Positions 41,461 through 55,957 of a stretch of 64,000 nucleotides of DNA are shown one piece after another. A program made the position numbers and the translations under genes. Location: the NCBI GenBank assembly GCA_964016885.1, contig OZ024742.1, positions 51,956,001-52,020,000 on the forward strand, read 5' to 3'. Origin of the DNA: Eledone cirrhosa (lineage: Eukaryota). Within the stretch, counting starts at the first letter, position 1. Every line of letters starts with the position of its first letter. The notes under the pieces were generated by a model that was not told the origin of the DNA, did not search any database, and saw only the letters and a list, made by a program, of their open reading frames with translations.

Positions 41461-42077
41461 TTAATTATATAATGTCAAATAAAGATCAACTACTTGAATG
41501 CCTCAACCCACAGACTTGCCTGAATAGAAAGCCCGCTAGATACAGAGATGTGTAATTCACCTCAACCGTTAAATAATTCGGATGTTGACTGCCAAATATA
41601 TGGAGGTGAAGTTGATTTACATTTGAAAATTCGGTCTTCCGATAATGGACACTTCACACTTAGTATTTTAAAACTCCACCGTTATGGCAGAGTTTTTAAT
41701 CCGTATTTACCAGAGTTCATATGGAATAGTTGTTAAAACTCATTAAAGTTCAATTAAATTTGTTCCAGATGTGTGCACTCTGAGATCAGATGTCATGGAT
41801 GTCTAATTTGTATTTCATCTTTTCAGACACAATAAATAAATTTCGGGAAATTCTTTAAATGTCATTTTTTTTATTTATAATTAATATGTATATATATAAT
41901 GTTGTATGTATTTTAATAGGTAAGCATGTCGCAGCTACATCCGTCAATGTGTGGGAACGCCAAACACTAGTTTTCACTCTTTCTATCCAGAGATATGAAT
42001 GATTATAAATGTTTTGCAAATAATATAATGTCGGAGGCGCATATTATGCGGACGTTACGTGGTATTGTAAGTAAGTA

Positions 42078-42270
42078 GCATGGATTGGCAGTGTCGGTAG
42101 AGCATCAGTCACTATGCTTTGCAGCATAGATCTATGGCCCTTTACGTTCTGATCTCAAATGTCGCCGAAGTTAGATTTGCTTTTCATCCTTACAGGATAG
42201 ATAAAATAAAGCACCAGGCATGCTCTAGGGGTAATTGCTGGCCTTGTGCCAAAAGTAGAAACAATTATTA
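42078..42270 (+). mobile_element. SINE
   Basis: tggcagtgtcggtagagc A-box-like head, tcaaat B-box remnant, same core and aaagtagaaacaattatt tail. Confidence 0.78.
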
Positions 42271-43589
42271 GTTAGCAGCATCAGTAACGCAGCGTTCTGA
42301 CAAGTCTATTGGGGTAGCTCTCGTATGTTTTCTGTACATATATATATTGAGTAGGTATCAGTATGATCCCTCTTCTGTACCTCACTGATTTAGGGCTATT
42401 GCAAATTAATACCAGCCAATCATGCCCGCACTATATACATATGGCCATTTCTAATAACACATCCACATCTCATTTTCTCCGTTCGTATTAATTCTTCATT
42501 TACATACCTCAAACTCAAATGGTAATACGTCTTTCTCGTCATCAGTTTGAAGCAATATATTCAAAACAATTTTGTCATGGAAAAACTGACTAAATTCTTC
42601 TATAAGCGCCACTATATTATTTATAGATAGTTAAGCAGTTGATTATCTTGATTTATATCAAGTCTGTGTTCCAATATTTTATTTGAATACAATGCCTTTA
42701 GAAGTGTTCACCTTTCTTACAGATGTTCTGTGGCTGTGTGTTTACTTCTTAAAACAACTCCCTCGTGAATGACATTATAGTCCTACTCCTATATAAGGTT
42801 TTTACGGAAATCTTTATAATATTGTGCACATCATTGAAGTTGGAAAAAGAATTTATATAAATCAATAAAAAATTAAGATGGGCATTGAAAACATTGAATC
42901 GAATTATCCAATTTAAGATACCAGGAGATCAATTTAACATACCAGGACATTATATATTAAAATGTAACTAGAATATCTTTCTTGTCCAAATATAAATACA
43001 ATTATTTATTAGATCGGGCAATATTTTGATACGCCAAACACTGTGTTGTATTGATTTTCTTTAAATGGAAATAAGGAAAATCTGTTCGTTGTTATAAAAG
43101 AAGATTAAAGCATCATTTCATCGGCAAGGATTTTACACGTGTATAATTATAATCTTCAATTTAATGTTATTTTCGGTTTACCAAGTTATTCCCATTTATG
43201 TCTATTTCAAGAACATTCGTATTTGCCGTCTGAATAAAAAGGTCAATAAAGATTTCAATAAAGGTTTGTCAAGTGCACATTAGGTGAAAGAAAGGCATGT
43301 CTAAAAATAAGGATATTTCATGGCAATCATATAATAAAACAACCGATGTGGAAGCAGGAACCCTTAAATGTGTTTAGATCTATTTATACTGGGGTAAAGC
43401 GAAGTGAGGAAAATAGATTTTAAAAAGAAATGAATTAAATTTGGGAGTGAAAGTCTATCGGTTATTTAAATTTATCTTCTAGAAAGTAAGACAACCAAAT
43501 AACCATATGTGAGGAAACATTTATGGGAAATGTATTACCTACCAACTGACTACTTATGGCAAAACTATTAGTGATATATATCAACTTAC

Positions 43590-43661
43590 CTGAAAGTACA
43601 TCCAAAATAGTTTGGTTCTTCTCCGTAGGAATGCTTTTGCCACTCTTTCCTCGAGATGCAA
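43590..43661 (-). CDS. Possible 72-bp symmetric host exon (ASRGKSGKSIPTEKNQTILDVLS)
   Basis: Strong donor CAG|GTAAGT, weaker acceptor atctcag|, open frame; no recognisable domain. Confidence 0.25.
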
Positions 43662-43717
43662 CTGAGATATACCACAGGTGTAGATTCCACAACTATCTAC
43701 TTCTCTTCATTTTCATT

Positions 43718-43901
43718 ATTAGCAGTATCGGAAGAGGGTCCGACGCCAATCTTTATAGCAAAGAGTTACGACCCTTTATGGTCTGAGTTCAAATCCCGCT
43801 GCGGTTAACTTTGCCTTTCATCCTTACGGGGTCGATAAAATAAAGTACCAGTAATACACTGGGATAATTGCTGGCCTTGTGCCAAAAGTAGAATTTATTA
43901 T
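43718..43901 (+). mobile_element. SINE
   Basis: gagttcaaatcccgc B box plus the same core and tail as other copies. Confidence 0.82.
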
Positions 43902-44270
43902 TTGTTTAATGCAAGAATTATATAAATTAGTTCGAATTTTTTGCATAAATTTTATTACCGACAACTTATGGGTTGGAGAAGAGTATGTATTATACAGTTA
44001 CATGTCAACAGGCTCTATGCCAGCCCTTGTATCGTTAAACTAGAGAAGTTGCCTGTCTTTATCTCTGAATGGTATCTAATGAATTCGGGCCGATGGGTAC
44101 GTGGTGATCACATCATACAATCATGGACCCCGAGAAATATGTATAATAGCTGAATAAATGTATGCACTTCATATGCTCTTCGCTAATATTTACTATATAT
44201 ATATAGTATATATATATATAGTATATATATATATAGTATATATATATATATATAGTATATATATAGAGAG

Positions 44271-44321
44271 AGAATTAGCCGACGAAACGGCTTGAGCTCA
44301 GCTGTCGGGGTCTTACTGGTT

Positions 44322-44362
<41 letters not shown>

Positions 44363-44683
44363 ATAATAATAAATAATAAATAATAAATAATAAATAATAA
44401 ATAAATATATATATAATAATAATAAATAATAATATATATATATAGTAATAATAATAAAATTGAAGACTAAAATCCAAAGAGGGCTCGATATATATATATA
44501 GGAAAAGAGTCAGGAGCACGACGGCTGAGCTCCGGCCATTTCGACGGCTAGATCCGAAAACTAGCTGTCGAAACGGCTGGAGCTCAGCCATCGGGATCCT
44601 GACTCTTTTCCTATTACCCACTCTACTACCCTAAGTATTGGTGCGTTATGGTCCACCTGATTTCTTACCACACCTTCTTCCTT
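44271..44683. mobile_element. Two short family C terminal fragments (44271-44323; mini fold-back 44498-44683)
   Basis: tagccg..GAAAcggct..agccgtcggg half-HHR and attacccactctactaccc tail. Confidence 0.72.
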
Positions 44684-44793
44684 ATATATATATATATATA
44701 AGTATACAAATATTTCCGGGGAAAAGGTAAAGGAAGGAGTGTTCTATGTATAGTACTGAGCTATTTATTTTATGTAATAAACAATATAATTAT

Positions 44794-44863
44794 TCCATTA
44801 CCCGCGGTTTCACGAAGTCAGACGATCCTAACAGAGGCGTCTGAATCTGTTCAATCAGATAGA
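44794..44863 (-). ncRNA. Hammerhead (family D, 1-nt core insertion)
   Basis: tctat CTGATTGA acagattcagacg...cgtctgacttcgt GAAA cc-gcg-gg TA atgga. Confidence 0.6.
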
Positions 44864-45110
44864 CATCTTTATTTTACTTTTTAAAACATTTTATAATGTT
44901 TATATATATATATATATATATTCTTTTTATTTATGACTACGTACGTATGTATATAAGTGATCATCCGTATTTTATGTGTGTGTACATACCTATGACGGTT
45001 TTCAGACACATGCGACCATGTGTCTATATGTATATGGCTTTATTTATGTTTATGAATGTTTGTATGTATGTGTAGATGTACATCTTCATATAAGTGTGCT
45101 TATGTGTGTG

Positions 45111-45141
<31 letters not shown>

Positions 45142-45272
45142 CCCTAATTTTACCTTGTGAGAATCTATGTATATCTGATTCTGAGTGTACAGGAATTTTT
45201 CCAGTTATTTAATTCCATCCTCACTTTCATTTATAATAGATTTTAATTTCATATCATATCCAAATAAAGATG

Positions 45273-45341
45273 TCTATGTGATGAACGGATTCAGACGCCT
45301 CTTTTAGGATCCTCTGACTTCGTGAAACCTTGGGTAATGGA
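45273..45341 (+). ncRNA. Hammerhead (family D, C3G mutation)
   Basis: tctat GTGATGA acggattcagacg...cttcgt GAAA cc-ttg-gg TA atgga. Confidence 0.6.
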
Positions 45342-45384
45342 ATAATTATATTGTGTTGTTTATTACACACACACACACATATAT

Positions 45385-45493
45385 ATATATGTATATATGT
45401 ATATATATGTATGTGTGTATATGTGTTTTATGTGTGTATATGTGTTTTATGTGTGTATATTTATGTATGTATATATGTATGTATATATGTATA

Positions 45494-45556
<63 letters not shown>

Positions 45557-45585
45557 GTGTATGTATGTATGTGTATATGTATATG

Positions 45586-45624
<39 letters not shown>

Positions 45625-45717
45625 ATGTGTGTGTGTGCGTGTGTGTATATATATATGTGTGTGTGTGCAGGTGTGTGTATATATATGTATATATATGTAT
45701 ATGTATATATGTGTATA

Positions 45718-45789
<72 letters not shown>

Positions 45790-45941
45790 CATGAGAGAGA
45801 GTGTGTGTATATATATGTGTGTGTGTGTGTGTGTGTATGTGTGTAGGCGTGTATATATATGTATGTGTGTGTGTGTGTGTATATGTGTATATGTGTGTGT
45901 GTGTATATTTGTGTGTGTATATGTATGTATGTATATGTGTG

Positions 45942-45994
<53 letters not shown>

Positions 45995-46160
45995 ATATAT
46001 GTATATATATTTGTGTATGTATGTATGTATGTGTGTATGTGTGTGTGTGTGTGTGTATATGTATATATTTGTGTATATATATTGTGTGTGTGTGTATATG
46101 TATATATGTGTATATGTATATTTGTATATATATATATGTATATATATATATAAATATATA

Positions 46161-46209
<49 letters not shown>

Positions 46210-46274
46210 GTATGTGTGTATATATATGTGTATGTATGTGTGTATATATGTATGTGTGTGTATATATATATATT

Positions 46275-46305
<31 letters not shown>

Positions 46306-46433
46306 GAATATATGTATGAATGGTGTATCTCTCTATATATATATGTATATGTATATATATTTATATATATATATATATATATATGTGTATGTATGGTGCT
46401 TTTTCCTTATATATGTGTATATGTGTGTGTGTG

Positions 46434-46464
<31 letters not shown>

Positions 46465-46479
46465 TTGTATATATTTTTT

Positions 46480-46542
<63 letters not shown>

Positions 46543-46788
46543 TTGTGTGTATGTGTGTGTATGTGTATATATATGTATATATGTGTGTGTGTATATATAT
46601 GTATTATATTTTATATATATATATATATATCTGTGTGTATATATATATATATATATCTATGTGTATATATATATGTATATGTATACACATGTGTATGTGT
46701 GTGTATGTATGTATGTGTGTGAGTGTATATATATGTGTATATATATGTGCGTGTGTGTGTGTGTATATATATGTATGTGTGTATGTAT

Positions 46789-46820
<32 letters not shown>

Positions 46821-46950
46821 GTATATATATGTGTGTGTACATATATGTATATAAATATATTTATATATGTGTGTATATGTGTATGTGTATGTGTGTTTAT
46901 GGTTGCGCGCGAGTGTGTGAGTGAGTGTGTTTTTTGTGAATGTGTCTGTT
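45385..46950. repeat. ~1.55-kb compound (TA/TG) microsatellite
   Basis: Continuous interleaved TA, TG and TATG repeats. Confidence 0.95.
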
Positions 46951-47400
46951 GATTTTTGGCATATAGTTGATTAGTTTAAGAGAAGTTCGAAGATAATTGT
47001 AAGATATGCACTCAGTATTTTGAATCTGTCTACAGAATTCTCTAAACCTTTGTCACTTAGTAGAACCTTAATGAATTTAGCTTTTAATGAATCTCCCTTT
47101 CCTTTAATTCTATCTACCATGACTGACCCCCCCACTGATCTTATAGACATCTGTTAGCTTAAGAGAAACTTAATGACAAGGAATGGTATGCCATCCGGAA
47201 CCTGTTTATAGAATTCTGTCTGCCTTTGTTACTCTAAAAACAAAAATAAATAAAATTAATAAAAATAAACTATAGCTTTGTAGAATTATCTTTTAATGAA
47301 TTCCCTTTTCTATCAACCAATGACCTACACCCATCCCACTCCCCACCCTCTCCTACCACTTGTAGAGACCTATAAATACCATATTTATTTTTTGATACCC

Positions 47401-47451
47401 AGATTCCTGATGATTTCTAAAGAATGAAACAGTTCTAGTCCTGTAGAATCT
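47401..47451 (+). ncRNA. Type I hammerhead ribozyme (family E)
   Basis: agattc CTGATGA t-ttc-taaa-gaa-t GAAA cag-ttctagtc-ctg TA gaatct. 6-bp stem I, GUA site. Confidence 0.86.
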
Positions 47452-47537
47452 CATCTATATCAAAACTTTTATACTCTGCAATGTATTGAGTACCTTACTT
47501 ACTGTGGTTACCTCCGATTCAACCCGGAATAACGTAC

Positions 47538-47649
<112 letters not shown>

Positions 47650-47713
47650 TATATGTGTGTATGTGTGTGTGTGTGTGCGTGTGTAATAAACAACACAATA
47701 TAATTATTCCATT

Positions 47714-47749
<36 letters not shown>

Positions 47750-47753
<4 letters not shown>

Positions 47754-48678
47754 TGCAAGTTTGAAGAATTATTAGATAAAATCTATACAGTATTTCCTCT
47801 CCGTATTCTGTAGAAATCAACTACATAAATAATCATTTAAACGAGGCTATAAGTTTAAAATGTAATTATGAAGAAATAATAGACAAATGATACAGACTAT
47901 CTCCCGCGAGGGACAGCCAGGTAAAATTTAACTAGTCATTCCTTTTAGCCCGAAGAAATTGACTAGACAAATAATCAACTACACGAAGTTAGGTTTAAAA
48001 TAGAAGTTAGAAGAAAAAATGCATATAAACTTTAACAGAATTCCTCTAGTCTCGACTGCTGGTAGTTTCGTTCCTATTTTGCAGATATATCCGATCCTGG
48101 ATCTATCCACGGAGCTTGAAACTTATCAAGAGACACCCCAAGCCTGGACTAAAATTTCTACCGTGATCCCCGCCAGAAATGAATTCAAAATGGCTAAGAA
48201 TTATCACGTGGTTAGCGGTCAAGGCAGAAAGTTGTGATTGCTTGCCAGGCGGTGAGTAGGCTATTTGCTAGAAAGCGCAGCCAGATACTGCCTAAACTTT
48301 TACTCAACCTTACGGGAGTATATATTTAATTCAAAGGGATATATGTATATAATTAGACATGTCACAGATACATATATCGCTGTCCCTTGCGGAAGATAGT
48401 CTGTATCATTTGTCTATTATTTCTTCATAATTACATTTTAAACTTATAGCCTCGTTTAAATAAGTATTTATGTGGTTGATTTATACGGACTAGGGAGGGG
48501 AAATACTGTATAGATTTTATCTAATGATTCTTCAAAATTGCAATTTTTAATATATAGCTCTGACTAATAATTATTTGCTTAATTAATTCTTCATTGAGCC
48601 ACACTGTGAAAGGTAACCACACTCATATATATATCTGTGACTATGTCTAATTATATATATATATCCCTTTGAATTTAA

Positions 48679-48680
<2 letters not shown>
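47750..48680. mobile_element. Double fold-back non-coding element
   Basis: 47750-47905 is inverted at 48392-48546, and 48325-48378 at 48628-48680; (TA)n flanks. Confidence 0.7.
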
Positions 48681-48758
<78 letters not shown>

Positions 48759-50577
48759 TATATATATATGGGGGTTAAGTGTGTGTGTATGTGTGGATAT
48801 GAATGTGTGTATGTCTGAGTGTGTGTGTGTTTGTATATACTTAAATATTTTCCTAAACAATTTAAAGAGGATATTTCTGATCAAATTCAAATATCATTAA
48901 AAATCTTATAACGCATGTTTTTACTTCAGTTCAAAGGACTACTACAATAACAGCATGTTTTGTTTCAATTCAGTGCTGATTTAATTCCTACCAACACAAA
49001 ACCTTGCTATCCAGCAAATGTTTTCTATCACCTTTACTAAGATCAAATAGGATGGTCGAATTTTAGTATACTACCATTGGTTCTGAGATTTCATTCAAAC
49101 TCAATCTCTAAAATAATGAACTGATCCAATCGTCAAATCGGACCAAGAAAGCTACTTTTCCGTTGGTCTTTCCAGTGTTAATGTTATGTCTGTATCGTCA
49201 TTCAACGCAAAGCCGTCACCATATTTCTGGTGACAGGCGGCTGTATTTGAAGTCAAAACGTACACAGCCATAATAGAGAATGGAAAACATAACGTCATAC
49301 AATTTGAAAATTCTGTTATTCCACGGGATGTCATTTATATCGACTTCACATACATAGAAAACAAAGTTTACATGTGGGGTGGGATTTGACATAAGAGCGT
49401 AGAGAGCAGAACGCATACTGAAACATTTAATCTGACCATCTAACGACTTGGTCAATTCGCTTTTTCTGTAAATGCATATGTAAATATGCATAATTCAAAT
49501 AGCGAAAACGTCTTACTTTATGGGAGTCAATGTTCTTCAACCTAGAATTGAGCAAGTAAAAGCAAAGGCAAATAAAACTGCGGTTCACTTAACAAATGTA
49601 AAATTGAGAAGTGATAAATAATTGATTTTGTTAGATACTTGAACTGATTTAATGGTCTCTAATAGGTTGAATCAAGATTAGAAGTTAACCGTTGTTTCAC
49701 GCACCACTGTACGAGAAAAATGAACTAAGACGTTGAATAAAGTTTCCAAGAACTAACCATTATACTCCATTGTTTCTGCATACATCAATGTAAATTCATC
49801 ACATACTATACGATGTGAATTCCTCTCAGATTAATGGGAGGACAATTAGTTTCTGTAAGACACATGTATACAACACGGATATGAAATTCCATTGATATTG
49901 TATACATATAATATTAATGCGGGTACGATTCTACAAGCATACAAGATTTATTAACATTCGAAATCTGAAAATGTGTTATTGGAACAAAACTAACAATAAC
50001 CGAGCTTAGAAAATATCGGGCAATAATGCCAGTAACTGCTGTAAAATTATGGATGGAAATAAAAACATTGAAAGAGAACAGACAAACATTCAGAACACTA
50101 ATGGAATATTTGATCGTTTAAGCATTTCCTAGAACGTTGGCACACAAATCTTATTGAAATTGAAACATTGCTATCCATAAAAGTGGATTGAGAGAAAGGA
50201 AGGTTCGGAAAGAAAAAAAAGTGACAATGTAATTGCCTAAACAAATATTCTGCCAGTGAAGCAGGTAATTACTGTAAGAATAAGGAGAAGAAAACCTATT
50301 TCCATTTTGTAATAAGCTAATTACTGTCTTTCCAAATCGAAATGAATTCTTCATTTTCATTCGTTTCTATCCTGTCATCTTGAAATTGTATAGAATTGTC
50401 AAATTAATTTTGATACGAAAACAATAGCCTATATATATGCATGTGATTGTGAGTGTGTAACATATGTGTGCAAAATGTTTAATTTGTATAGGTATAGTAA
50501 ATTTTACGCACACATGTATGTATATCTATATGTAGGTCGAAACGGCTTGAGCTCTGCCGTCGGTGTCATACTTTTTC

Positions 50578-50655
<78 letters not shown>

Positions 50656-51323
50656 TAGAGAAATGTATTCGTTTCAGAATGTAAAATGTGAAGATGTGGT
50701 AACATAAAGCGACAAGAGTAATTAATAGTTTAAGAAGAGGAGAAACGAGGCTGTTATTAAACAGAAATAAGTGACATGCAGATACTGGTAAATTGACGTG
50801 TAATGGATAAGGTAAATGTCTGAAGATGACAGATATTATTAGATCATCGAAAGAAGATTATACAGTGTCCAAAGTAAAGCACCAAATATGAGGAATATCA
50901 GAAAAAAGCTGAAAAAATTACGACTGAAAATAATTATAAATAATTAAATAGTTAATAGTAAATACATTTAGAAATCATACTGTATAAATGTAAAAATGTA
51001 AACAACAAAAACGAAATGAAAGATAGAATTCTTTAAACTGGAATAACAACATCAGACCGTAATATTGTATATTTTATATTACAATTTAGATTCAATTTTC
51101 CGGGAATAATGGAAACGGTGACATATATATATATGAATATATATTTCGTTTCTGAATTTGTTTAGCAAGATTCTTTATCTGAAAACGTATAAATAAACAA
51201 ATATAAACACACACAGACACCCGGATGTAACACATGCGCAAACTAAGCACACAACACATACAAAAACAAGATGGCGTAGGACAGAACAAAGGAGAGGCAC
51301 AAAAACAAAGAAAAGAATCCCCA

Positions 51324-51366
51324 GTCACTGAAGAGGTCACAGAATGTGTGACGAAATAACTTTGAC
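51324..51366 (+). ncRNA. Minimal hammerhead-like ribozyme
   Basis: gtca CTGAAGA g gtcaca-gaatg-tgtgac GAAA taac TT tgac; one extra G before stem II. Confidence 0.66.
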
Positions 51367-51523
51367 AATATATGAACAACCGTCCGGTTGTGTAACCAAC
51401 CAACCAACCGGAAATTTATAAATTCTTAAATTTATAAATTTAATTTATAATAAATTGGAGTGAAAGCGTATAGTGCGTGTGTTTCTTATTGGCAACATGA
51501 CCCTCCCAAAGCATAACAATATG

Positions 51524-51605
<82 letters not shown>

Positions 51606-51620
51606 TATACATATATATAT

Positions 51621-51757
51621 ATAGGAAAATGTCCAAGACCCTGACGGCGGAGCTTCTCCGTCGGGGTTTTGAACATTTTCCTATTACCCACTCTACTACC
51701 CGAAGTATTGAGTACTCTTGTGCGTTATGGTCCACCTAGTTCCTTACCACACCTTTT
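51621..51757 (+). mobile_element. Family C terminal mini fold-back (another fragment at 50536-50580)
   Basis: ggaaaatgtccaagaccctgacgg...ccgtcggggttttgaacattttcc hairpin plus family C tail. Confidence 0.7.
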
Positions 51758-52515
51758 ATATATATATATATATATATATATACGTTACGTAATTCAGGAA
51801 AATCAAAGGAAAAAGAGTGTTATATGTATAGAACAGAGCTATTTAATTAAAGAGTGAACAACGCAAAATATAACTACTCCATTACAAAAGCTTTCTGGAT
51901 TATCGTCTGTAATCCAGACACCTTTGGTAATGGATTAATTATATTTTCTGTTGTTCATTTTCTAATTAAATATATATATATATATATTTACAAATCAATG
52001 TGTGTGTGTCTGTGTGTTTTCCAGAAGCTAGTGTTTTATTTCTAGCGAAACCAGATACCACAGTGTTGAGAGATAGATAAATAGATAGATAGGAATACAT
52101 AGATACAGAAAGAGTGTTACATAAATAGATACACCCCAATCTGTGTGTGTGCGTGTGTGTGTGTGGGGGGGGGGTCTACGCGTGCGTTTGTGTGGAGATG
52201 CTAAGGTATTATTTTGCTGCCATTTCTAGCAAGACACGTTGGTTGCCACAACATAACACTGCGTCATGTATGACATACAGGCAGACATCAAATCAATAAA
52301 GGGTCAACCGCAGGTCCTGTCGTTGCTCGGGAATGATAGTGTTCCTTATATATTAAAAGATAAAAGCAAAACATGTATAGAAATGTGTTATTCTAAATTA
52401 TATTTATTCTTCAATTGAGGTACACAATGAAATCAATTCTGAATTCATAATACTGAAATTAATAAAAAATGAAAATACTAAATTTGTCTCTGTTATGAGG
52501 GGGAGATAAATTCTA

Positions 52516-55237
52516 TCACATGTGTTGAAGGAAATTACTTATGAGCTTCTGGTAAACAACATTCTTTGTTTTCTGGTTTGGAGCAGAGATATATAAATCT
52601 TGTAAACTACCTATCCTGCAGAAACAAACAAAGTTGACCATGAGTAAAGAAAGGCTATAATTTAAGTGCAAGCCAGTAGATTTCAAAGTCTGACCTCCTG
52701 CTTTATTGATAGACATTGCGAAGCAAAGTCGGACTGGGAATTGTATTTCAAACGGTATGTCCGTTGGTTTGATAGGAATTTTTGTAATGGAAATATCTTC
52801 CCCAGAGGTACACCAAGTGATGATGGTGGCTTCAATCACATTAGATGATAATGTCTTCCCAATCAACATTGTCCGATTGCATAATGTAGAAGAATCTAAA
52901 TTTCCTAGAAGCATTATTGGGTCTCCAAACTTAAAAAAACTTTCATGTGGAGGAGTTGCAGGTGGCTTAAGAGAATTATGAAAATATGTTGGGTAGTGGA
53001 GAGCTTGACTACGGACTGAATCAACTGATTTGTACTCCTTAATGACAGTCGGAATCTTATTCATTAGATCATGGTTAATCCTTGCTACTGTCTCATTTTT
53101 GTTGTAGTAATAGCCCTTTCACACAACTATTTGTGTGCATTGTAATGATTACTTAAGGTTACAAATACCCAGCTCTTCAATTCAGCTGGTGAATCCACCA
53201 TGATAGCAATATGAGCCAAGTTGATATAACCATGCACATCAATCGGTACTGCCCCATTTCCTAATTGAAGGAACCGGATTGAGAACTGTTCTGGACATTG
53301 GTCCCAGTGAAATAAAGCTCTCATGCTAGCACTGAAGCAGAAATTCCATAGCTGCGAAGACTTAATGAATGCTTTTGTTTCACCAGCTCTTGTTCCTCTC
53401 GGAATGACTAATATTATCTGTCTGACGTGTCCTGATAAAACTAATGTAACTCCTCCCATAGATGTATTGTTGTCTCTAATGTCTTGTAAGGTATGATCTA
53501 GAGCTTCCATAGCTCCTGTATGTGCATTCATCACAAATCATCAGGTGGCATTGGCGCAACACTTTTGCCAAACCTGAGCCTTTGCTTATGTTACAAATTG
53601 GACTGTCATTTGTGACCAAGTTTAGCGGTAATTTAAAAGGAGAATGAGCTGTTCGTCTCCTGGGAGAAGGTTGGCAGCAATGCCAGACGATGCTACAGCA
53701 AGTGCAATTCTTTTTTGCCGCCTTACTTTGGGGAGAAGTAATGTTGTTACAAATACTCTGTAGCATAAATAATGAAAATTCCTCTTGACTGACGAAATGA
53801 TTTCAAAATATTACCAGAGTTGTTCTGGAAGACGTTTAGGTTCACGTTCATTCACAAATGCAACCAACTTTGTGATGTAATAATTTGTCTCATTTGCAAA
53901 CTCTCTTGAAGTAAATCACTTTGAATTTTGGCAGTCCGGAACCAGACTCTTACAAATTCTTGCCTCCCATGACCAAAATTGATTCTCAATTTGATTGAAA
54001 ATTTCTTCAGGCAACTGAATATTGACGCCTAGGTTTGCATGTTGAACTGCATACTTTAAGTCCCCAGCCATATCCACTCGATGTTTCTTTCAAAGTTGTA
54101 GGGGACTGCCAAGTTGAAACATGTTCAGCATAATGACAAAATGGGTGCGGAGTTTCCTTGGAGAATGTGACACTGATGCTTCAGTCAATGCAACGTCCCA
54201 ATGACCATCATTTTCTAACAAACCATGTTGATAGCATGCTGCCCTATATGTTTCACACATTCACTCTCCTCAAACCTTAGAATGATTTGGAACCACGCAC
54301 TTCATGCAAAATGATCAGTTGAATGATGGCTGGATTCCTCTCATGAATGGTACAATTGAAGATATACCAAAACGCCTCATTGCTACTGATATATCTTTCT
54401 CTCTCATACTGTACAACTTCGTCATTTTTGTTTATTTGCTGACTGACATTCTGCAATAGAGTGTATGTTGCAGCATCTAAACATACTTAATAGATTTAAC
54501 AGAGTTGCAGAAATCAACATTGATATGGGCTTTGAAAGTTTTGTAAGATGACAGTAGGGTACAATCCATCGATTGTCAATGAGGAATTCTTGCCCATTTC
54601 TCTTCTTTTTTTTTTCGAAGTGAATCCACCCTGCCCGGGCATTCTTATCCTGTAAATGGAGTAGCCATCGCCTTCAGATTCGGTGTATTGTATAGGAGGA
54701 CGGGGTTATTTCTTGATACAGTTTTTATCTTTCATGTATGGGGATGATGGATTAATTGAACCACAGGGCCCATGAATCATCTGTGACTTGACAATTTCAT
54801 GCAGCAAAGGATATTATGTAACCAAATTAAAATGTGGGCATGAAGCCATCCTCGTCTTTGCCATTCAATTGTGTACATGTCACATTAGACAAGTCCAAAG
54901 ACTTGCCTTTTTTAAGAGATCTATCAGCAAATTATTTCCTTTGCCCTTATAGTAATATTTCTCCTACCACACTCCTTGCCACTAATAATTGCTGCTAATT
55001 CATTTGCGGCATGGGCATTGTATTGACCAACAGGCTTTTTTTCTGTAACAATGACTACCTTGTAGTTGGTGCGTGGCGCAGACTCCAATGCATGTTCTTT
55101 AGTCTTTGATGAGTTTCCCCAAAGCAATGCCTTCAAATGATCTGGTGGTGTAAGTAACAAACGTCGGTAAAACAACCGTTCTTCTTCCACGTACACCTAG
55201 TGAGGGTTTCTCTTTCCCATTTCTCTCCTTTACAACT
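52516..55237 (-). pseudogene. Helitron 1 Rep/PIF1-helicase remnants
   Basis: RTAHSPFKLPL, EALDHTLQDI, QFPVRLCFAMSINKAGGQTL, TKNVVY; Rep remnant near 54840-54880. Confidence 0.88.
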
Positions 55238-55238
55238 A

Positions 55239-55630
55239 CTAGCTCACGTACCCAGCTTCGCCCGGGTAAACAGATGATAAGAGAAGACAGGTGAAAGAAA
55301 AAAATGACTGTATTGGATGTTTGTCTGGTTATAGTATGCGGAAAGTCTGTGGTGCTCTGTGTGATACCAAAAACAGTAAAATAAATCTTCCAGATATACC
55401 AGATTCTTCGTTGTACCGTTTGTGCATAGTATATGAACAATTCTATGTGCTCCCACCTAGAATAGTGACCTCTAGGAGATGGTTTATCTTCTGCCTGACT
55501 GTAAAACGTGTATCATTGCATAGACGTGGTTGTTCCACGTTTCTCAAAAAGATGATGGAAGTTCCAATCTTTTATATTATATGTAGATATAGATATAGAT
55601 AATTAATTTAAAAAAACGTCCCTATTTACT
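55239..55630 (-). mobile_element. Non-autonomous Helitron-like element
   Basis: Minus strand ends tacccgggcgaagctgggta hairpin ... CTAG|T; TCTATATCTATA 5'-type end near 55599; copy of 61361-61750. Confidence 0.8.
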
Positions 55631-55957
55631 TGAAATGGTTTATACAAATGCCAAATTAATATGGATATGGATAACATGCTTATCTATAAGTGGTCAGCTA
55701 TAATAATTTATATGACACAAAAATATATTCAGTAATTTCCAGGCTCTTAGCCACTGAGTAATAGACAGTCAATATTGCCCAGAGTTCACCTCGGGGAGAT
55801 GGCCTGGTTTGACTCCAAATGGCGGATCCTTCTACTTCGAAAATAGAATCGTTTATCAATATTACTCTAGCCCTGGCCGGCCATAGGCACCAAATATTTT
55901 GCCAGACTCAGCATATGATGAGGTTTTATTACCACCGCTATCAGAAGCGATAAATTT

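Larger units (their letters stand above)
44701..45370. mobile_element. Family D fold-back (arms ~44773-44870 / 45266-45367)
   Basis: Inverted arms each carrying an HHR; a related fragment lies at 51790-51965 and a terminal copy at 47680-47713. Confidence 0.72.

Noticed and set aside
42520-42550. CTGATGA cga GAAA on the minus strand
   Set aside because: No stem II or stem I; likely chance.
48490-48535. Possible type II hammerhead (gaggg GAAA tactgta TA gattttat CTAATGA ttcttc)
   Set aside because: G5 is missing in both arms and stem I is too short; not supportable.
49152-49491. Possible host exon(s); also 13461-13906
   Set aside because: Splice-like sites exist but frames are interrupted and no domain is recognisable.
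50817-50875. CTGAAGA...tcatc GAAA motif
   Set aside because: Stem II overlaps the core, and stems I and III are unconvincing.
55867-55890. Helitron 2 3' terminus (CTAG next to a GC hairpin)
   Set aside because: Hairpin spacing is atypical and CTAG is not followed by T; terminus left undefined.
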